DNA of 64,000 nucleotides from an uncultured delta proteobacterium. Its GTDB lineage: Bacteria; Desulfobacterota; Binatia; UBA9968. The notes beneath the pieces are model-generated. The model had not been told where the DNA came from. It saw only the letters and a program-made list of their open reading frames with translations, and ran no database searches. The translations under genes were made by a program, and so were the position numbers. How positions within the stretch are numbered: position 1 is the first letter of the stretch; the number at the start of each line of letters is the position of its first letter. Where the stretch lies: NCBI GenBank assembly GCA_963816145.1, contig CAWFJP010000001.1, positions 288,001-352,000 on the forward strand, given 5' to 3'. Positions 48,503-58,331 of the stretch are shown piece after piece.

Positions 48503-49717
48503 ATGAAAGCTGAATCAACGGTGGCCCCTTCTCAATCCGCGCCGCTCTGGACGTCGACCTTCGCGCTGCTCTGCATCGTCCAGTTATTGGGTTACGCCCA
48601 GCAGGCGATGCTCAATCCGACCGTGCCTCTGTACATCACCCAATTGGGCGGTTCGCCCTTAGTCGTCGGGCTGACGATCTCTTCGTTTGCCGCGACCAGC
48701 GTCATCGCGCGCCCTTTTGTCGGTTACTGGTCGGACCGTTGGAGCGAGTGCGGCGTATTGGGGTTCGGCCTGATCATTCTAGCGTTAAGCATGCTGCTCT
48801 GCTTTTTCCCATTCGTAGTCACGGTCTTGGTCGCCAATGCCCTCCGCGGCATCGGTTGGGCTGGTGTCAACGCCGGCGGTTACGCTCTTTTAGCGCGCAC
48901 CGCGCCGGAATCACGCCGCGGCGAGGCCTCGGGATATTACAGTGGCGCGCAATCGACTCCAACGGTTCTCTTCCCGGCCGTTGCGCTCTGGCTGCTGCAA
49001 GCACCCTTCGGCGGTTACAACGCAGTTTTTACCATCATGATCGCCCTGGGCCTCGCCGGCGCCGCCGTTTGTTCTCTGATGGCGCGCCAGATCCCAAACG
49101 TTCAAAGTCAGGTGAACCCGCCACAGTCGTCGGCACCTTGGTGGCGGCAAATTATCACACTGTCAGAGCGCGGCGTGTTGTTGCCTGCGGCGCTGATGTT
49201 CTGCAACCAACTGAGTTTCCCAGCGCTCACCAGCTTCATCGTGCTTTACGCCCGCGATATCGGCATCGACAGCATCGGCTCCTATTTCGTCGTCAGCGGT
49301 ATTACCAGCGTCTTCGCCCGGCCAATGCTCGGTCGGGTCTCCGATCGCATCGGCGTCGGCTATTCGCTCATTGCGACGTTCATGCTGCAGTCCTTAGCTC
49401 TGATCTTATTAGTCGTAGCTGCCAACCTGGCGATGATTTTGCTCGCCGGCGTGCTTTACATGCTTGGTATGGCCATCGGCGGCTCCGCAACGCTGATTAT
49501 TGCGATGAATCGCGCCACCCCGGAGCGGCGCGGCCGGTTCATGGCGTCGTTTTCGATGGCCTACCCGCTTGGTTATGGCCTAGGCGCGTTGATTACCGGC
49601 AGCGCCATCGACGTAATCGGTTATTCTTGGACCTACCTATTGCTCGCCGCCCTAGGCGGTTCCGGACTCCTGCTGACGCTGATCCACTGGTCGGAACTGC
49701 AACAGCAACGGGGATAA
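48503..49717 (+). CDS. MFS transporter, paralog 5 of 5
   Basis: LWTSTF, GYWSDRW, RRGEASGYY, GRVSDRIG. Confidence 0.9.
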   Translation: MKAESTVAPSQSAPLWTSTFALLCIVQLLGYAQQAMLNPTVPLYITQLGGSPLVVGLTISSFAATSVIARPFVGYWSDRWSECGVLGFGLIILALSMLLCFFPFVVTVLVANALRGIGWAGVNAGGYALLARTAPESRRGEASGYYSGAQSTPTVLFPAVALWLLQAPFGGYNAVFTIMIALGLAGAAVCSLMARQIPNVQSQVNPPQSSAPWWRQIITLSERGVLLPAALMFCNQLSFPALTSFIVLYARDIGIDSIGSYFVVSGITSVFARPMLGRVSDRIGVGYSLIATFMLQSLALILLVVAANLAMILLAGVLYMLGMAIGGSATLIIAMNRATPERRGRFMASFSMAYPLGYGLGALITGSAIDVIGYSWTYLLLAALGGSGLLLTLIHWSELQQQRG

Positions 49718-49796
49718 ATCAAAACTCATTCCGCTCGCCGGCAAACCATGAGAAGATCGATCGAGCCAAGATGGACTGTCTCGTAAGGCTTGGCCG

Positions 49797-50651
49797 ATGG
49801 CGGGAGAATCAATGATTTATCCACGGTCAAATCGCGCCGACGGCGCAGCTGTCGCCGCTCACTATGACGAACTAGATCGATTTTACCGAACGGTGTGGGG
49901 CACCCATCTGCATCATGGTTACTGGCAGAGCGGCGACGAAAGCACCGAAGAGGCCATACTCAACCTGAGCCGGCTCGTCGCGACACTGGCGCGAATCACC
50001 GCCGGCAGCCGGGTTTGCGACTTCGGCTGCGGCTACGGCGCCACCGCGCGGTTTTTCGCGCAAGAGTACGGCGCCCATGTTACCGGCATGACGATATCGC
50101 GCCGCCAACATGAACTCGCCCAAAATATGGCGGGAGAAAACGTCGACTTCCTGCTGGGCGACGGCCTGGATAATGATCTGCCGGCGTGTTCTTTAGATGC
50201 CCTGGTTGCAATCGAAAGCAGCGAGCATATCGGCGACAAGCCGGCATTTTTTCAAGAAGCCCAACGGCTGCTGCGCCCTGACGGTCGACTGGTGGTCGCC
50301 GCCTGGCTTGCGCGCGAGCAAGCGACACCGTTCGAAGCGAGATTTTTGCTCGAACCGATCTGCGCAGAAGGCCGCCTCCCCAGCATGGCCACGGCATCGG
50401 AATATCTGGCCATGTTCAAAGCGGGCGGGTTTCGTGACCCAGAGTTCGCCGATCTGAGCCGCAACGTGCGCAAGACCTGGAGTATCTGTGCCTACCGTTT
50501 GATAAAAACCATTGGCACCAATGCCGAGCTCCGGCGCGCGCTGCTCCAACGCGATTGGGGCAACCATGTGTTTGCAAGAACCGTGTTTCGCATTTGGCTC
50601 GCCTACCGAACCGGTAGCATGCGCTACGGGGTTTTCTCCGCGACAAAATAA
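49797..50651 (+). CDS. Class I SAM-dependent methyltransferase (tocopherol/sterol methyltransferase-like)
   Basis: HYD, WGTHLHHGYW, DFGCGYG, IESSEH. Confidence 0.85.
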   Translation: MAGESMIYPRSNRADGAAVAAHYDELDRFYRTVWGTHLHHGYWQSGDESTEEAILNLSRLVATLARITAGSRVCDFGCGYGATARFFAQEYGAHVTGMTISRRQHELAQNMAGENVDFLLGDGLDNDLPACSLDALVAIESSEHIGDKPAFFQEAQRLLRPDGRLVVAAWLAREQATPFEARFLLEPICAEGRLPSMATASEYLAMFKAGGFRDPEFADLSRNVRKTWSICAYRLIKTIGTNAELRRALLQRDWGNHVFARTVFRIWLAYRTGSMRYGVFSATK

Positions 50652-50761
50652 CCCCGGCACAACCGCATTGCCGGCGTTTGTCGAGCGATAGCTATTCGCC
50701 GCGCCATGGGGTAAGAACATTTTCGTTTGCAATCTACCAATTCCACAGGAAATGGTTAGCC

Positions 50762-51763
50762 ATGAAATTTGGCATCTTCATCTTCGGTGACAATCATCCT
50801 GAGCTTGGCCGGTCCAACCAAAAATACTACGAAGAAGTTCTGACCATGGCGGAGTGGGCCGAGGAGTTGGGCTTCGACTCGTTCTGGTTGGGCGAGCATC
50901 ATCTTTACTGGTACGGCACCTGCGTCTCGCCGCCGATGATCATCGCCGCCCTTGGACAGCGGACCAAACGCATCCGCCTCGGGCCGGCCATCGCCGTGCC
51001 GTCGTTTCACAATCCATTGATCGTCGCCGAGGAGTACGCCCTGGCCGACAACCTGTGCAACGGCCGCTTGGAATTCGCCCTCGGCAGCGGCTTTTCGCCG
51101 GTGGAGTTTCAACAATTCGGCATGTCGATGGAGGAAGCCAAAGAGAAGTTTTGGGAAGCCACCGAAATCATCTTTAAAGCCTGGTCGCAGGACCGCTTTT
51201 CGCACCACGGCAAACACTATCATTACGAAAATATTTCGCTCTACATGAAGCCATTGCAAAAGCCGATGCCGCCCACCTGGCTGGCGGCCTCGAGCGACGA
51301 GACCTTGATCAAAGCCGGCCAGATGGGCTTACCGATGATGGGCATTCCCTTCGCGCGCTCGAATAACCTTGCGGACGTTAAGGTGAAGAATGATCTCTAT
51401 CTAGACGCCTACCGAAAGGCCGGTCATAAAGCGCGGCCGGAAATCATGGTCGCCATGCATGTCTTTCTCCATCCGAACGAACGTGCCGCGGTTGAAGAGG
51501 CGCGTCCCTATTTCGAACGCAACATCTCGTTTCATAAAACCCACCGCCGCCCCGGCTCGAAGATTCCACAGCTGGACAACATCAAGCAGGAGCGGCTGGC
51601 GCTTTTTACCGAACCGGACAACGCCGTCGAGATCCTGCGCGAATATGAAAAAATCGGTGTCAATCATGTGATCGGCATCGTTAATTTCGGCGGTGTGCCA
51701 ATGACCGACGTGCGCCGGACGATGGAGCTGATGTCTACCCGGGTGTTTTCCAAATTGCACTGA
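50762..51763 (+). CDS. LLM-class flavin-dependent oxidoreductase
   Basis: MKFGIF, AEELGFDSFWLGEHH, TKRIRLG, GRLEFALGSG. Confidence 0.9.
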   Translation: MKFGIFIFGDNHPELGRSNQKYYEEVLTMAEWAEELGFDSFWLGEHHLYWYGTCVSPPMIIAALGQRTKRIRLGPAIAVPSFHNPLIVAEEYALADNLCNGRLEFALGSGFSPVEFQQFGMSMEEAKEKFWEATEIIFKAWSQDRFSHHGKHYHYENISLYMKPLQKPMPPTWLAASSDETLIKAGQMGLPMMGIPFARSNNLADVKVKNDLYLDAYRKAGHKARPEIMVAMHVFLHPNERAAVEEARPYFERNISFHKTHRRPGSKIPQLDNIKQERLALFTEPDNAVEILREYEKIGVNHVIGIVNFGGVPMTDVRRTMELMSTRVFSKLH

Positions 51764-51802
51764 TCATGCCAATCATCCTGGGCGAAAGGAGATAAAGGCG
51801 AT

Positions 51803-52066
51803 ATGTTCAAGACTGTGATTCTGTCTTTAACGATTGGTTTGCTCCTTATCGGCAAGGCGGCCTTGGCTCAGGACCAGGCGCCAGCTCCGACTTACCACAA
51901 TGGCGATTCCTGGCAATTCAGCGCAATTGAAAAATCGCCGGTGGCATCGAGCACCCGAGCTTTGAATGGCGAGTTTATCATTAAACTGCATCGACGCGAC
52001 GGCGACGGCACAACTCGAGATCTCGAACTTACCAATTACACTCCTGCCCAATCAGCCAGTCGTTAG
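51803..52066 (+). CDS. Short secreted hypothetical protein (possibly a deleted remnant)
   Basis: Signal peptide MFKTVILSLTIGLLLIGKAALA, then QDQAPAPTYHNGDSWQF; AGGAG upstream. Confidence 0.5.
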   Translation: MFKTVILSLTIGLLLIGKAALAQDQAPAPTYHNGDSWQFSAIEKSPVASSTRALNGEFIIKLHRRDGDGTTRDLELTNYTPAQSASR

Positions 52067-52242
52067 TGTCGAAGTACTTCCGTTTCAAGAAACGGTGATT
52101 GGCCGGCAACAATCAATCGCCGCCTGTTCCACTCATGCGCCACGACCCAAGGGCGATGTTGGCTGGTATCGTTTACTCATTGACAGCAACGCGGCGTCGG
52201 CATAAAGAACTGTGCCAAGGAATTCAACATGGGAGGCCGGTC

Positions 52243-53232
52243 ATGAACATTTCCCGGCGCGGGCTGTTAATTTTTGCTCCGATATTGTTTCTGGTGCTCG
52301 GCCGCGAGCAAGCCCGGGCGCAAAAACAATCGACCAAAATGACCGTGAGCTACAGCGCCGCCGGAGGGCAGTATATCAATTTATTTGTCGCCAAAGAGTT
52401 TGGCATTTTCGCTAAGCATGGCCTTGACGTAAACTTGAATCAGATCAACAGCAGCTCGCAGGCCGTCGCTTCCTTGCGCTCTAAAAGCGTCGACATCGCC
52501 ACGGGGCCTGCCGGAGTCATTTTCGACGCCATTGCCAAAGGTGTCACGGATTTTACAATTTTCGGCGAGTGCATGCCCTACACGGTTTTGGAAATTTGGG
52601 TGCAACCGAATATCAAGAGCGTCAAGGATTTGGTCGGCAAGACGATCAGCTCGACCAACCCGAACTCCCTCGGCGATCTGATGATCGGCGTCTGGCTCGC
52701 CAAGAACGGTATCAAAAAGTCGGACGTCAACGTCGTTTATCTTGGCGGCCTGGGTAATCTCATTAGCGCGATGAAAGCGAATAAGACCGAAGCAACGCTG
52801 ATTCTGCCGCCGCTTGGCGAACAACTGCTTCCTTCCGGCCAAAAGCGCTTCGGCGATTTGCGCGACATCGCTTACTCCAACCAGGGCTGGGTAGCGACCA
52901 AAAGCTACGCGGCCAAAAACGGCGACGCCATGCAGCGCTTCACTGCGGCCGCCACTGAGGGCATTGCTTTCGTCAAACGCAACAAGCAAAAGAGTTTGTC
53001 GGTCCTGCCCAAATACGCTGGCGTGACGAATGAAGAATGGAACGCTTACGCATATGAGTTCTTCGCACCGTTGCTAACGGTTATCCCGCGAGTGACTCCC
53101 GAAGTAGTCAAGGCGACGCAGGAGATTTCGACCGTCGAGGAAACCCGCAAGCTCAATTTGAAGCCGTATATCAATAACAGTTACGTCGATAAGCTGGTCG
53201 CCCAAGGCTTTATCGACAAGTTGTATAAATAG
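52243..53232 (+). CDS. NitT/TauT ABC substrate-binding protein
   Basis: GGGAGG RBS, signal peptide, GIFAKHGLDV, IKSVKDLVGK, GFIDKLYK. Confidence 0.85.
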   Translation: MNISRRGLLIFAPILFLVLGREQARAQKQSTKMTVSYSAAGGQYINLFVAKEFGIFAKHGLDVNLNQINSSSQAVASLRSKSVDIATGPAGVIFDAIAKGVTDFTIFGECMPYTVLEIWVQPNIKSVKDLVGKTISSTNPNSLGDLMIGVWLAKNGIKKSDVNVVYLGGLGNLISAMKANKTEATLILPPLGEQLLPSGQKRFGDLRDIAYSNQGWVATKSYAAKNGDAMQRFTAAATEGIAFVKRNKQKSLSVLPKYAGVTNEEWNAYAYEFFAPLLTVIPRVTPEVVKATQEISTVEETRKLNLKPYINNSYVDKLVAQGFIDKLYK

Positions 53233-53315
53233 ATCGGATCGGATGTGAGCGACGCAAGCGGACATCACCCCACAAGTCAGCTCGTCTCTGTCCCAGCGAC
53301 ACTAGCGACCAACCG

Positions 53316-54086
53316 ATGCTTAACAAAATCACCGCCCGCGATGTCGCTATCGTCTATCGCGGCAAACTCGACCGCGAACCCGTCTTGGCCTGCCACGGTG
53401 TCGACCTCGATGTAGCGGAAGGCTCGTTCGTGACCATCGTCGGGCCCAGCGGCTGCGGCAAAACGACATTTCTTTACGCCGTCGATGGCCTACTACCAGT
53501 GAATGGCGGTGAAATCCGCGTCAATGAAAAGCCGATCAGCGGACCGGGTCGGGACCGCGCGATGGTTTTTCAAAGCGCGTCGCTTTTGCCCTGGCGCACA
53601 GTCTGGTCGAATATTATTTATGGCCTTAAATTGAAGGGTGACTATCATCAGCCCGAGCAAGCGGCCAAGATCGAGAGCTTGATCGATATGGTCGGCCTGC
53701 GCGGTTTTGAAAAACGTTTTCCGTCGGAACTTTCCGGCGGCATGCAGCAACGCGCGAATCTCGCCCGCGCGCTAGCGGTCAACCCGGACATTTTACTGCT
53801 CGATGAACCATTCGCCTCGGTGGACGCGCAGACCCGCGAGAAACTGCAGGTCGACTTGACCGAGATCTGGACGCGCACCCGCAAGACCATGCTGTTTGTC
53901 ACCCATGACATTGCCGAGGCGGTCTTTCTATCCGATCAAGTGATTGTTTTTACCGCCCGTCCCGCGCGCGTATGTGCGATCGTCAAGATCGATATTCCCC
54001 GGCCGCGCTCCCTCGAAACCAAACATAGCGCGCAGCTCCAAGAGTATGTGAAACAAGTTTGGAATTTGATCGAATCCCCGCAATGA
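53316..54086 (+). CDS. NitT/TauT ABC ATP-binding protein
   Basis: GPSGCGKTT, LSGGMQQR, LLLDEPF, FVTHD. Confidence 0.92.
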   Translation: MLNKITARDVAIVYRGKLDREPVLACHGVDLDVAEGSFVTIVGPSGCGKTTFLYAVDGLLPVNGGEIRVNEKPISGPGRDRAMVFQSASLLPWRTVWSNIIYGLKLKGDYHQPEQAAKIESLIDMVGLRGFEKRFPSELSGGMQQRANLARALAVNPDILLLDEPFASVDAQTREKLQVDLTEIWTRTRKTMLFVTHDIAEAVFLSDQVIVFTARPARVCAIVKIDIPRPRSLETKHSAQLQEYVKQVWNLIESPQ

Positions 54087-54099
54087 TCGGGAGGTTTTC

Positions 54100-54921
54100 A
54101 TGTCGTCAAGTATCGACCACGCCGCGCTAGCGAATTCGGCCAAACCAATTCCAATGGTGCCGCCTGTGGCTTGGACCGAACGTTACTTTCGTCTGCTTTG
54201 GGGCACGGTCGGCATCACCGGCTGCCTGATCGCCTGGCAAATCGGCTCGTCGGCCGGCTTGCTTGACCCGTTGTTTGTCAGCTCGCCAGTGGAAGTTTTA
54301 CGCACGGCGATACGCATTATCCCGTCCGCCGATTTCATCGGTCATGTCAGCAATACCGCGCAAACTCTCTTCATGGGATTAGTCATCGCTATGATCGTCG
54401 GCGTATTCGTCGGTTTACCGATCGGTTGGTTTCCGCGTTTGAACGCGACCTTCGAGCCGGTCATCGCCGCCGTCTATGGCGTTCCTTACATCGCCTTTCT
54501 ACCGGTAATCATCATGTGGACCGGTATCGGCATGCTATCGCGGGTGATCATCGTCTTCTGGTCGGCGGTTTTTCCGCTGATCATCAATTCGATTCAAGGT
54601 GCGCGTGAGGTCGACGACAATTATCTCCGTGTTGGCCAAAGTTTCTCGGCAACCAATTTGCAGATGTTCTTTACCATCACGTTGCCGTCCGCGGTTCCCT
54701 ATATTCTTGCCGGCCTGCGCACCAGCATCGGCCGCGCCATCGTCGGAGTTGTCGTCGCCGAGTTTTTCATGTCATCGAAAGGGTTGGGCTATTTCATCAA
54801 TCTCAAGGCCAACGCGCTGGAAATGGCGCCGGCGTTTGTCGCCATCGTGCTGCTCGCGCTTTTTGGCATCGCGCTGACCAGCATTGTCACCTACATAGAA
54901 AACCGTTTCTGCAACTGGTAG
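54100..54921 (+). CDS. NitT/TauT ABC permease
   Basis: Hydrophobic, TLPSAVPYILAGLR, VVAEFF...GLG. Confidence 0.9.
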   Translation: MSSSIDHAALANSAKPIPMVPPVAWTERYFRLLWGTVGITGCLIAWQIGSSAGLLDPLFVSSPVEVLRTAIRIIPSADFIGHVSNTAQTLFMGLVIAMIVGVFVGLPIGWFPRLNATFEPVIAAVYGVPYIAFLPVIIMWTGIGMLSRVIIVFWSAVFPLIINSIQGAREVDDNYLRVGQSFSATNLQMFFTITLPSAVPYILAGLRTSIGRAIVGVVVAEFFMSSKGLGYFINLKANALEMAPAFVAIVLLALFGIALTSIVTYIENRFCNW

Positions 54922-55006
54922 AAAAATAGAATCAATCGCCTAGCCCTTACTTTCTGTCCCCTTTCCCAGAGGGTGAGGACCCGAGCGAATCGGAGTGTAG
55001 CCATCC

Positions 55007-56464
55007 ATGACCGAAGTCTATTTCCAAGACACCACCATCCGCGACGGCGCCCAGAGCCTATGGGCCTATAACATCCGCACCGGGATGATCGCGCCGATCT
55101 GCAGCCAACTCGATGACGCCGGCTTCGAAGCTATCGAGCTCGGCGGTCCCATCGAACTGCCCAAGTGCGTCAAAGAATTGCGTGAGGATCCTTGGGAGCG
55201 CTACAAATTAATTATCCCGAAGTTCAAACGCACACCGCTCCGTCTGGTACACGGCTCGCGCAGCGGCTTCGCCATTTATCCCGACGCGCTGCATCAACTC
55301 TTCGACACCTGCATGGCCAATGTCGGCGTCAGTGAAGTGCGCATTTCCGACTCGTGGAACGATGCGGCGGATTGGGCCTGGCGGGTCAAGCAAGCCAAGA
55401 ACGCCGGATTGAAACCGATCATCAATCTGATCTACACCGTGTCGCCGCGCCACACCGACGAGTATTACGCGGCGAAAATTCGCGCAGCGAAAGCCCTCGA
55501 TGTCTACCGCGTCATTTTCAAAGACCCAGGCGGGATACTGACGCCCGAGCGCACCAAGACCGCGGTGCCGGCGATTCTGCAAGCCGCCGGCGACTTGACT
55601 GTCGAGCTGCACACGCACTGCACCACCGGCCTGGGCACGCTCTGCGCCCTGGAAGCGATTAAAGCCGGCATGGTCCACATCAACACGGCGATTCCACCAT
55701 TGGCCGACGGCTCGGGAAATCCGTCTTTGTTTAACGTCGCCATGAACGCCCGCGCCCTGGGCTATCGAACGGTGGTGAACGAAACGCCGCTGCGCGAGGC
55801 ATCCAAGTTTCTCACCGCCTGCGCGCGCCAGGAGAATCTTGCCATCGGCAAAACGCCCGAATACGACTACGCCCAATATGTCCATCAAATTCCTGGCGGG
55901 ATGATTTCCAACCTGCGTCATCAACTGCAACGGGTCGGCATAGAGAACAAAATCGACCACACGCTCGAAGAAGCGGCGCAAGTGCGCGCTGATTTCGGCT
56001 ATCCCATCATGGTTACGCCGCTGTCACAGTTCGTCGGCAGCCAAGCCGCGATCAATGTCATCGTCGGCGAGCGCTACAAACAGGTCACTGATCAGACTAT
56101 CGAGTACGCCATGGGTATCTGGGGCAAAGAGGGCGCCGAATTGATGGACAAGGACGTCAAAGATAAAATTTTGAATCGCCCGCGCGCCAAAGAGATCGCC
56201 GGCCGGCCTTATCCGACCGACACGCTTGAAGAGTTGCGCAAAAAATACGGCGGCAAGAACGACGAAGAACTCTTGCTGCGCTTCTTTTCCAGCAAAGACG
56301 ACGTCGACCGAATGTACGCCGCCGGCCCGGCGCGGAGCTATTCGAGCGCCGGTAATCCGCTGGTCAATCTCATCGGCGAGTTGTCGAAACAAAAAGACCG
56401 CAGTAGCGTATTTGTTCAACGCCCCGGCTTCACGCTGCGCATGCAACGCCGCAGCGCCGTCTGA
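55007..56464 (+). CDS. Carboxyltransferase, pyruvate carboxylase subunit B / oxaloacetate decarboxylase alpha-like, without a biotinyl domain
   Basis: DTTIRDGAQSL, EDPWER, KDPGG, LHTHCT, HQIPGGM, GYPIMVTPLSQFVG; no AMKM motif. Confidence 0.85.
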   Translation: MTEVYFQDTTIRDGAQSLWAYNIRTGMIAPICSQLDDAGFEAIELGGPIELPKCVKELREDPWERYKLIIPKFKRTPLRLVHGSRSGFAIYPDALHQLFDTCMANVGVSEVRISDSWNDAADWAWRVKQAKNAGLKPIINLIYTVSPRHTDEYYAAKIRAAKALDVYRVIFKDPGGILTPERTKTAVPAILQAAGDLTVELHTHCTTGLGTLCALEAIKAGMVHINTAIPPLADGSGNPSLFNVAMNARALGYRTVVNETPLREASKFLTACARQENLAIGKTPEYDYAQYVHQIPGGMISNLRHQLQRVGIENKIDHTLEEAAQVRADFGYPIMVTPLSQFVGSQAAINVIVGERYKQVTDQTIEYAMGIWGKEGAELMDKDVKDKILNRPRAKEIAGRPYPTDTLEELRKKYGGKNDEELLLRFFSSKDDVDRMYAAGPARSYSSAGNPLVNLIGELSKQKDRSSVFVQRPGFTLRMQRRSAV

Positions 56465-56466
56465 TC

Positions 56467-56563
56467 GAAACAACTGGAACCATTGGAACGACTGGAACGA
56501 TTGAAACCCGCTCCGACGCGTTGAACGGAGCGAAGCGATTGAACCATTTGAACCGCTTGAACG
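56467..56563. repeat. Family E arms (9-nt period GGAAC/TGAAC)
   Basis: CTGGAACCATTGGAACGACTGGAACGATTGAAAC...TTGAACGGAGCGAAGCGATTGAACCATTTGAACCGCTTGAAC. Confidence 0.7.
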
Positions 56564-56587
56564 CGCTCAATTTTTGAGAGGTAACCC

Positions 56588-57118
56588 ATGGCACGCGTAT
56601 CGTTAATCGGCGAGACCGATCACCCCGAGCTCGCCGACACCATCGCCAAAATCAAAGGCGCCCGGGGCGGCAGATTGATCAACGTCTATCGTTTGATGCT
56701 GCACAGCCCGACGCTGGCCGACGCTTGGTTCGAGTTCAATCAAGCAGTGCGCTACGGCACCGAGATCGACGGCCAATGCCGTGAGATCGCGGTGATTCGC
56801 GTGGCGATCTTGAACAACGTCGAGTACGTCCAACGCGCCCATGGGCCGTCATACGCGCTGAAGGAAGGTTTGACACCTGAGCAAGTGGCCGCCATCGCCG
56901 ACTGGCAACCTTCGAAACTTTTCAACGACAAGCAGCGCACCTTGCTGGCCTACACCGATGCAATGACGCGACAAATCGACGTAGCGGACGGTTTGTTTAC
57001 CGAAGTGCGCAAATACTTCAGCGAACGCCAAACCGTCGAACTGACCATGCTCATCGGCACCTACAACATGTTCACAAGAGTTTTGCAGGCACTCAAAATC
57101 GACCCGGAACCTGCTTAA
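56588..57118 (+). CDS. Carboxymuconolactone decarboxylase / AhpD-like family protein
   Basis: LINVYRLMLHSP, REIAVIRVA, YVQRAH, VELTMLIGTYN. Confidence 0.85.
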   Translation: MARVSLIGETDHPELADTIAKIKGARGGRLINVYRLMLHSPTLADAWFEFNQAVRYGTEIDGQCREIAVIRVAILNNVEYVQRAHGPSYALKEGLTPEQVAAIADWQPSKLFNDKQRTLLAYTDAMTRQIDVADGLFTEVRKYFSERQTVELTMLIGTYNMFTRVLQALKIDPEPA

Positions 57119-57120
57119 TT

Positions 57121-57183
57121 TCCCTCTCCCATCGGGAGAGGGCTAGGGTGAGGGCCACGGGCGACCGGCCGGTCGCCCCTACT
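57121..57183. repeat. Family H palindrome (CCCTCTCCC...GGGAGAGGG) plus a GTAG-type REP-like palindrome
   Basis: CCCTCTCCCATCGGGAGAGGGCTAGGGTGAGGG then GGGCGACCGGCCGGTCGCCCCTAC; related H copies near 54944-54980 and 61880-61910. Confidence 0.7.
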
Positions 57184-57229
57184 TCAATTCGCTCATGGTA
57201 GTACGAAAACAGATGCAGGCACCGCAATT

Positions 57230-58318
57230 ATGACACAACCTCGTTACAAACTCGTCGTCGAAAACGACACCTTTCTGCGCTTGATCAATGTCGTCCTCGA
57301 CCCGTCGGCATCGCCAGAGCGCATCGAGGCGTTTGCGCATTTCTGCCTGCACGATCTGCCCGACTTCCGCGCTTGGTGCGACAAGATCCGCGCGCAGGCC
57401 GCCAATCTTTATCCTTCGGAGGTTCGCCTGGTCGACAGCCAGGAAGAGCTATTGGCGAATCTCCCCGGGTCCAGTGTAGCGGTTGTCGAAGAACTTACTT
57501 TCGGGCCAGAAGAAGTTGCCGCCGCAGGCACGAACCTTAAATTCGTTCAGAAGTACGGCTTCACCACGCGCAACATTGACCAAGAGGCTTGTGCAAAAAA
57601 TCACGCGAAGGTCTTGACGATCAGACGCCGGGCGAATATTTCAACGGCGGAACAGGCCTTGATGCTCATGCTCGCCCTGGCGCGCCAAGTGACGCAAAAC
57701 GCCAATCTAATCAGCGTCGAACAACTCAAAGCCGCCGGCTATCAGCCAACGACGTACAATCGCAAACACACGCCCAACGGCAACTGGGCGCGCATTCCCG
57801 GCATGGTCACGCTCTACCAACGCCAGCTCGGCATCGTCGGCTTGGGTGAGATCGGTAGAGAACTGGCGCTGCGCGCCACCGCCCTCGGCATGCGCATCGT
57901 CTACCACCAACGCACGCGTTTGCCTGTGGAAGTGGAGCAACAGTATCAGGCGATTTACTTGTCCTTGCACGAGCTGCTCGCCACTTCGGACTTCGTCAGC
58001 CTGCACCTGCCGCGCAGCCCGACGACCGTGGGCTTCATCGGCGCGCCGCAACTCGCGGTGATAAAACCGGGCGCGTTTTTAATCAACGTATCGCAACCCA
58101 ACCTGGTCGAACGCCATGCTTTGCGGCACGCCCTGGAATCGAATCGTTTAGCCGGCTTCGGTCTCGACACTTTCTACGAAGAACCCGGCGACGTCGACGA
58201 TCCGCTGATCAAGTTCCGTAACGTCATCGTCACCCCGCACATGGGCGGCTCACCGCGCTGGAATTCGCTGGACGATATCGAAGAAGTAATCGTCAACCTC
58301 GGCCGCTTGCTGGCGTGA
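57230..58318 (+). CDS. D-isomer-specific 2-hydroxyacid dehydrogenase family protein
   Basis: LGIVGLGEIG, SDFVSLHLP, FLINVS, GLDTFYEEP, VTPHMGG. Confidence 0.85.
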   Translation: MTQPRYKLVVENDTFLRLINVVLDPSASPERIEAFAHFCLHDLPDFRAWCDKIRAQAANLYPSEVRLVDSQEELLANLPGSSVAVVEELTFGPEEVAAAGTNLKFVQKYGFTTRNIDQEACAKNHAKVLTIRRRANISTAEQALMLMLALARQVTQNANLISVEQLKAAGYQPTTYNRKHTPNGNWARIPGMVTLYQRQLGIVGLGEIGRELALRATALGMRIVYHQRTRLPVEVEQQYQAIYLSLHELLATSDFVSLHLPRSPTTVGFIGAPQLAVIKPGAFLINVSQPNLVERHALRHALESNRLAGFGLDTFYEEPGDVDDPLIKFRNVIVTPHMGGSPRWNSLDDIEEVIVNLGRLLA

Positions 58319-58331
58319 TCAAGCTGCAAAA

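Noticed and set aside
47256-49815. Long Arg-rich alternative-frame ORFs (47256-48446, 48739-49815; also 43767-44564)
   Set aside because: Shadow frames of GC-rich MFS genes with no recognisable motifs
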